64,000 nucleotides of DNA, taken from positions 69,876,001-69,940,000 of the forward strand of contig OZ076409.1 in the NCBI GenBank assembly GCA_964187785.1. The letters run 5' to 3'. Below, one piece after another: positions 58,910 through 64,000 of this stretch; positions within the stretch are counted from its first letter, which is position 1, and the number at the start of each line of letters is the position of its first letter. The notes beneath the pieces are model-generated. The model was given only the letters and a program-made list of their open reading frames with translations, was not told where the DNA came from and did no database searches. The position numbers were made by a program, and so were the translations under genes. The stretch comes from Amphiscolops sp. MND2022 (taxonomy: Eukaryota).

Positions 58910-59474
58910 TTTTCCTCCACTTACACTTTACAATCAAAAGTACATATTCATCCACCTGAAAATATCGAATTTCGATGATTAGATAACAACGAATACAATC
59001 TTGAAAACGATAGGAGCTTGAGAACAACGCACCAGAGCTAACCGGGTTGTAGAAATCAATATGTTGCAAAAATGAATTAATACTAACTTACATTTTTCGT
59101 TTTCAGCCAAATTCGAACCAAAAACTAAAAGATCGATTGAACAGACTTCATTTTTGTGTCCAAGTTACTATCTCAGCTAAGGATGCCGTATTCAACCGGC
59201 TTCTGTCAGTTGTAAAACTGAGTGAGTCACTGGGGAGTAACTTCCGCGCATTGGTTCTGATTAAGACCCCGCTCAGGTGACATATCTGGTGCTATGTAAG
59301 TCATCAGGTACGGGGGGAGGGGGAGATGACACACCCGTGGTCTGCAAACGAAAGGAAACGAATATATATATTTTCAAATATCCCCAATTTGCGGGAGGGT
59401 GTTCATCGTATATAAATAGTACAAAGAGAGCATTGAGAGTTGGATAAAGTTAAGTTAGGATTTAATGATGAGAG

Positions 59475-62400
59475 TTATACGATTCCTTTTAACTTCGTTG
59501 AATGTGAGATGTAGTTGACAATGGTATTGCAATCTTCAGGGTCAAGGAGATTCAATGAGTCAATGTCTTCAGGTCTGATGTCTTGGTATAGTCCACATGC
59601 CAGAAAGAAATGTTCAGTAGTTTCTTCCCTTTGCCACAATGACACATCGGAGATTCCGTCTGCCAATTTTTCCAAGCGTAATCGGCTGAAGAGAAAGAAT
59701 TGCCGATCAGCATTTCACAAATTTTGATGGCTTCATACCCCTGAAAGTTGAAAAGGGGCGATATAGTGTTACAAGTTGGTGGGGTTCTGGTGTAACATTT
59801 CAGAAATGACCTGTTGTCTTTATTTTTCCACCTGAGGTTCCAAAGATGGTTAATGAAAAGGTTGACATCTTGCGGTTTGTATCTCGTACAATTATGAGTT
59901 CTCAAAAACTTTCCGAATCTGGTAACATGACTCTCGAGGAGGTTAGCAACACTGTCCGGAAAAGATGAAGATGCACCATGGGTCCAATGTAGTAAATCGT
60001 CTTCTAGTTTGAGCTACAAGAGAAATTTGACGTTGATGGCTGTACTCAGAAGATCAAGAGGCGGCGTTCCTAGCAGAACTTGACACGAGTCGATATTCGG
60101 CGAAAATCCGTGTCAAAAAACTGTCCTTACGAAATTGTTCTGTACTGCTGTAACGTATTTGAGGTTTTTCTCAAGCCAAATTGGTGCTGCATAAAAAAGT
60201 TAGGGTAAGATTGCGGTTTTGTACAGCAGAACCAGCGTTGGGACTGCAAGGCTTCATTTTCTATTGCATAACGACTTGGTTATAATTCAATTTCGCTTTG
60301 CTCTCTCGATAGTTTTAGTAGAATGATCCCGGTAGTTGAGCTTGCTATCGATAATTACTCCGAGAGACTTTGTTGTTTTTTTTACCTTGACATATATCAC
60401 CATTGAGGCACGGGAGTTCGAAGTCATTCTCTTCGCAATTGAGAAGGATTAATTCAGTTTTTCCTCCGTTCACTAACATCCTCCAATCTGCACACCACTT
60501 CTCGATGTCAGAACAAGTTTTTCGAAGGATGGCAGATAATTCTGACGGATCCTTGCCAGTGGCAATGAGAGAACTATCATCTGCAAACTTGAATTTTTGA
60601 GCTTGATTACTCAGGGAGTCGTTTAGGAAGATGATGAAGATTAATGGTGACAACACACTTTCTGTGGAACGCCAATGTCAATCTGGAACTTCGGCGATTT
60701 GTATCCATTCAGTTCAATTGAAGCGACTCTGGTTTTTAAGAACGATTTTATTATCTGATACAATTTGCCAGAAATATTGTGTTCCAACAGTTTAAAGAGA
60801 AGGCCGTCCACCCACACGCTATCGAAATCCTTTTCGAGGTCAATGTTAAGCAGAGCTGTCGGTAAACGTGAACAATTGGCATTTTCCAGCATGAGATGTA
60901 GTCTGTAGAGCGATCGAGTGGTGTTTCTTTTCGATCTGAAACCCTCCTGTTTGTCACCAAGCAGTCCATTCACATCGAGATACGATTTGATTCTACTTGC
61001 AAGTATTCTTTCCAACGTTTTGCCGATATGACTGGAGATTGAGAGTGGTCGACATGAAGAGCATTCATCATATCTCTCTTTGTTTGGCTTGCATATGAAT
61101 ACGACTCGTGAGTCCGTCCATGGCCACACATGATACTCCCAGCAAGCATTGAAAATATTCAGCAGAAAAAGGAGTGCTTTAGTTCCCAAATTCTTTATCA
61201 TTGTCAAATGGAGACCATCAATATCAAAAGATTTAGTGTTGCTTGATTTCAAAATTGCATTCTTCATATCATCGAAAGTAATTTCATCATGAAATACTTC
61301 AATATCATGTTCAGGACCATCATGTGGTTAATTTGGTTTGTCTTCTACTTGTAGTTGTGTTGCATCGTTGAAAATTTGCTTTTTCAGATGTTTTCCTCCA
61401 AAAAAAGTGGTTTCAATTTCTTTGCTAATTTTCTCTGGAGCATATAAGAGTCTCCCTTCCTTACTGCGTATTAGACCAACTTCTTCATGTTTAGTGTTGA
61501 GAAAGGCCTTGTAAGAAGTCCAAAATTCACTTCCTCTTTTATGCCCAAGCGATGACAGATAGTTTTCGATCCATTAAGTTACACTTTTGTTGAGTAGAAT
61601 TTTGAAACGTTCCTTCGCTGCCTTTAGGTTTTGTCCATTTTCAAAATTTGATTTGTACTTGAACTTTTTGCGTAAAAAACGGAGTTCATTGCTCGCGTCT
61701 GTCAAGTCAGAGTTCCAAAACGGTTTGCAATGATTTGAAACATATTTGAGGGGTATATGACTAAGGGAAGCTTCGTGCAGCAGATTCTTGAACTCGTTCC
61801 AAAGAAAAACAGGGTCGTCCCCAACAACCATGAGATCATCTATTCGGCCCTCAACGAAAGAAGTCCAACCCACCCAATCAGCTTTTTCAATCCATAATCT
61901 CTTGGTTTTCTCAGTGGTGCTACTACGCTCCAATTTCATAATAACAGGAACATGACCCCTCTGTGGAGCACAGCTCAGCAAGTTCATCCGTAGACAGAGA
62001 GTGTTTACATCTATCAAACAGAGGCCCATAACAAATGCAGAGATCGATAACACTGTAGCCATTTGCTGCCAGAAACGTAGGCTCACCATCATTGAGAATG
62101 CTGAAGTGGTGAGCTATTTTAACTAGTTCCTCACCTGACAAGTTACACGATTTGTCTCCCCAATAGGTATGTCTTGCATTGAGATCACCAAAGAAAAGAG
62201 CTCCATTCAGGCAATTTTTGTCAACATACGTTTTGCAACTCTGTATAACTTTTATTGTACTTCTCAATCCTTCGAAGTCATCGGGTCTGACATATGCAGT
62301 AGACACAACTAACTTAATTCCGCTCAGCCCAACAGTCAAAACAACATTATCGACAGAGGTGTCTTCGAGTTGATTAAGTCTTGAGTAAGGGATGTGATGT

Positions 62401-62615
62401 TTCAATAAAACTGCGACGCCCCCAGAACTTCCACCCATAGAACTGATTCTTGTGTAATTGTCGAATAGATTTGCGCTAATTTGTGTCTTGGTTTCATTAA
62501 GAAAAACGATATCAGCTTTGGTTTGTTGTAAGTATTGATTCAATGCTATTTTACTATGATCACTCAGGCCGCATATAGTCATCTGCAAGAAAGTGAAACC
62601 AGAGTTAGCCATCAT
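59475..62615 (-). pseudogene. LINE ORF2: AP endonuclease, reverse transcriptase, C-terminal cysteine motif; frameshifted
   Basis: DIVFLNET, GDLNARH, SVIDL; RPLSISSHIGKTLE, QEGFR, IDLEKDFDSV, GVPQ..LSPLIF, FADD; CHCG..ETTEHFFLAC. No RNase H seen. Confidence 0.9.
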
Positions 62616-63813
62616 TTTTTGACACAGGGTTTCTCATAGTCGGCGCTTGTAGACCTCGTGCCTCATGAACTCTTTCCACCTGTTTAATATAAGTTGGGCA
62701 GTCAAGAGAATCAGCTTCGTGGCTTCCGCTGCAATTTGTACACCTGGCAGGCTGATTACCGCTGCAGTTGTCGATAGAGTGCTCGCCGGAACAATGTTTG
62801 CATGAGACTTTCGAATGGCAATTGGAACTGACGTGTCCGAATTTCTGACATCGGTAGCAACGGAATATTCGTAATCCTTGCTGTATGAATTCGACTGGTT
62901 GATAGTACAAATTAGTCAATGAAAATCCCGTCGGTTGTTGCCTTGTCAAACTGGGCTTTTGAGGGAAACGTCAGTTTGACAATTTGCAGTGTTTTTCCAT
63001 CGCTTCTGACAAAGCGTCTGATTCTGACACCTGGAAAAAATTCCGTAAGAGCTGAAGTCAAGTCCGAGTCGGACACTTCTAATGGAACTCCCCGTATTAC
63101 TGCGCTGTGCTGTTCATTCCTGTCACTAGCTCTCCGAGCTGACGAGTCGCCGCCAAAAAAATCAGCCCTCCAACCCTGCAAAACACAGTCAGCCTCCTCT
63201 GGTGTTGTAAACTCAAGATGTATACTACCACGTGCTGTAATAAAAGCGTATAGTAATTTTTTGTTTGGATAAATGGAAGCGAACCCTCTTTTGATTTCGA
63301 TACTATCCCGGAATTTCTGATTTGTCTTGTTGAGCAATATGTTGCGAGGATCACGATTTCGTCTTTTTCCACTTCTGATGTCAGTTGTAAATTTCGTTTG
63401 AGTTTCGTTTCGATTAGTTTTTACTTTATCCGCATAGTTCTCGAGAGGCTGAGTTGATGTTGGGTTGTCAAGCTTGAGTTTGATAGTTAATAGGTCCTTT
63501 TTCATGGATTCCGTAATTTGTAACTCCGTTTTTCGCATTTCAGTATCTTTTTTTGTTGTTGATTTATGGCATTCAAGGATTTCCAAAGAACGCCCTGTAG
63601 TTGCTTGTCTTCGCATTTGGAGTAATACCAATGAACAGAGGCATATTTTGAAAGTATTGGAAGGTCCTTTACATCAAGGCCCCCACAAGATCCATGACAC
63701 TATGACTCACATCCGTTGCAACATATTGAATTCTTTTCAGTTTCCTCAACAATACTTTTACATTTGTCGCAACAGTCATCCGAGACTGACTGATTCCTGT
63801 TTTTCGGTCCCAT
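62605..63813 (-). pseudogene. LINE ORF1: PHD finger, central region, three CCHC knuckles; disrupted
   Basis: ATG 63813: CDKC..ICCNGCES*CHGSC..WYYSKC (PHD-like); SAVIRGVP; CYRCQKFGHVSSNC, CKHCSGEHSIDNC, CTNCSGSHEADSLDC. Confidence 0.85.
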
Positions 63814-64000
63814 TATGTCAGATCACTGCCAAATCTCAAGGTCTCCTAACCAACTAAGGATTTCGAAGACAAAGAAAAAAAAACAGATCACTAATCTACT
63901 GAGACACTTTCAGTTGTCGGAGCTTCCTTCTTATTCTCTGATTTGGATTCTTCCTAATGTTTTTATCTGGTTTGAACCTCTGTACGTGATTACGGTGATT

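Larger units (their letters stand above)
59362..63900 (-). mobile_element. Near-full-length non-LTR retrotransposon (APE-RT LINE, I/Jockey-group-like), decayed
   Basis: ORF1 and overlapping ORF2 as listed separately; short 3' UTR ending in an (AT)n tail near 59362. 5' boundary and TSD not identified. Confidence 0.9.

Overview
AT-rich, transposon-dense animal (metazoan) genomic DNA, not prokaryotic; one 200-N assembly gap at 32411-32610. Host genes: (i) a multi-exon, divergent Na+/K+-ATPase beta-subunit-like gene on + (six phase-compatible exons traced by hand, 11029-36537; first and last exons not resolved); (ii) a single-exon-CDS ZSWIM4/5/6-family gene on - (55523-58909). Mobile elements: a decayed Ty3/Gypsy pol with an unusual WLDD RT motif (580-4745); a Gypsy integrase fragment (8200-9190, -); several Helentron/DINE-1-like non-autonomous elements and MITE-like inverted repeats; a full-length BEL/Pao element (37334-46485) with a tRNA-Lys PBS, a 2.1-kb internal tandem duplication and an extra SGNH/GDSL-hydrolase ORF after pol; and a near-full-length LINE with a PHD + 3xCCHC ORF1 (59362-63900, -). 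The most striking object is a 16.1-kb Gypsy element (11444-27534; ~1.87-kb LTRs, AGCCT TSD) lying wholly inside one intron of the beta-subunit gene. Its gag starts ~586 nt inside the LTR. After pol it carries an antisense, spliced (4 GT-AG introns), ~1,240-codon gene resembling a catalytically dead hAT transposase with a BED-like zinc finger. A further sense ORF runs across the 3' LTR boundary, where no polypurine tract is visible. All protein family calls are by-eye motif recognition; no searches were run.
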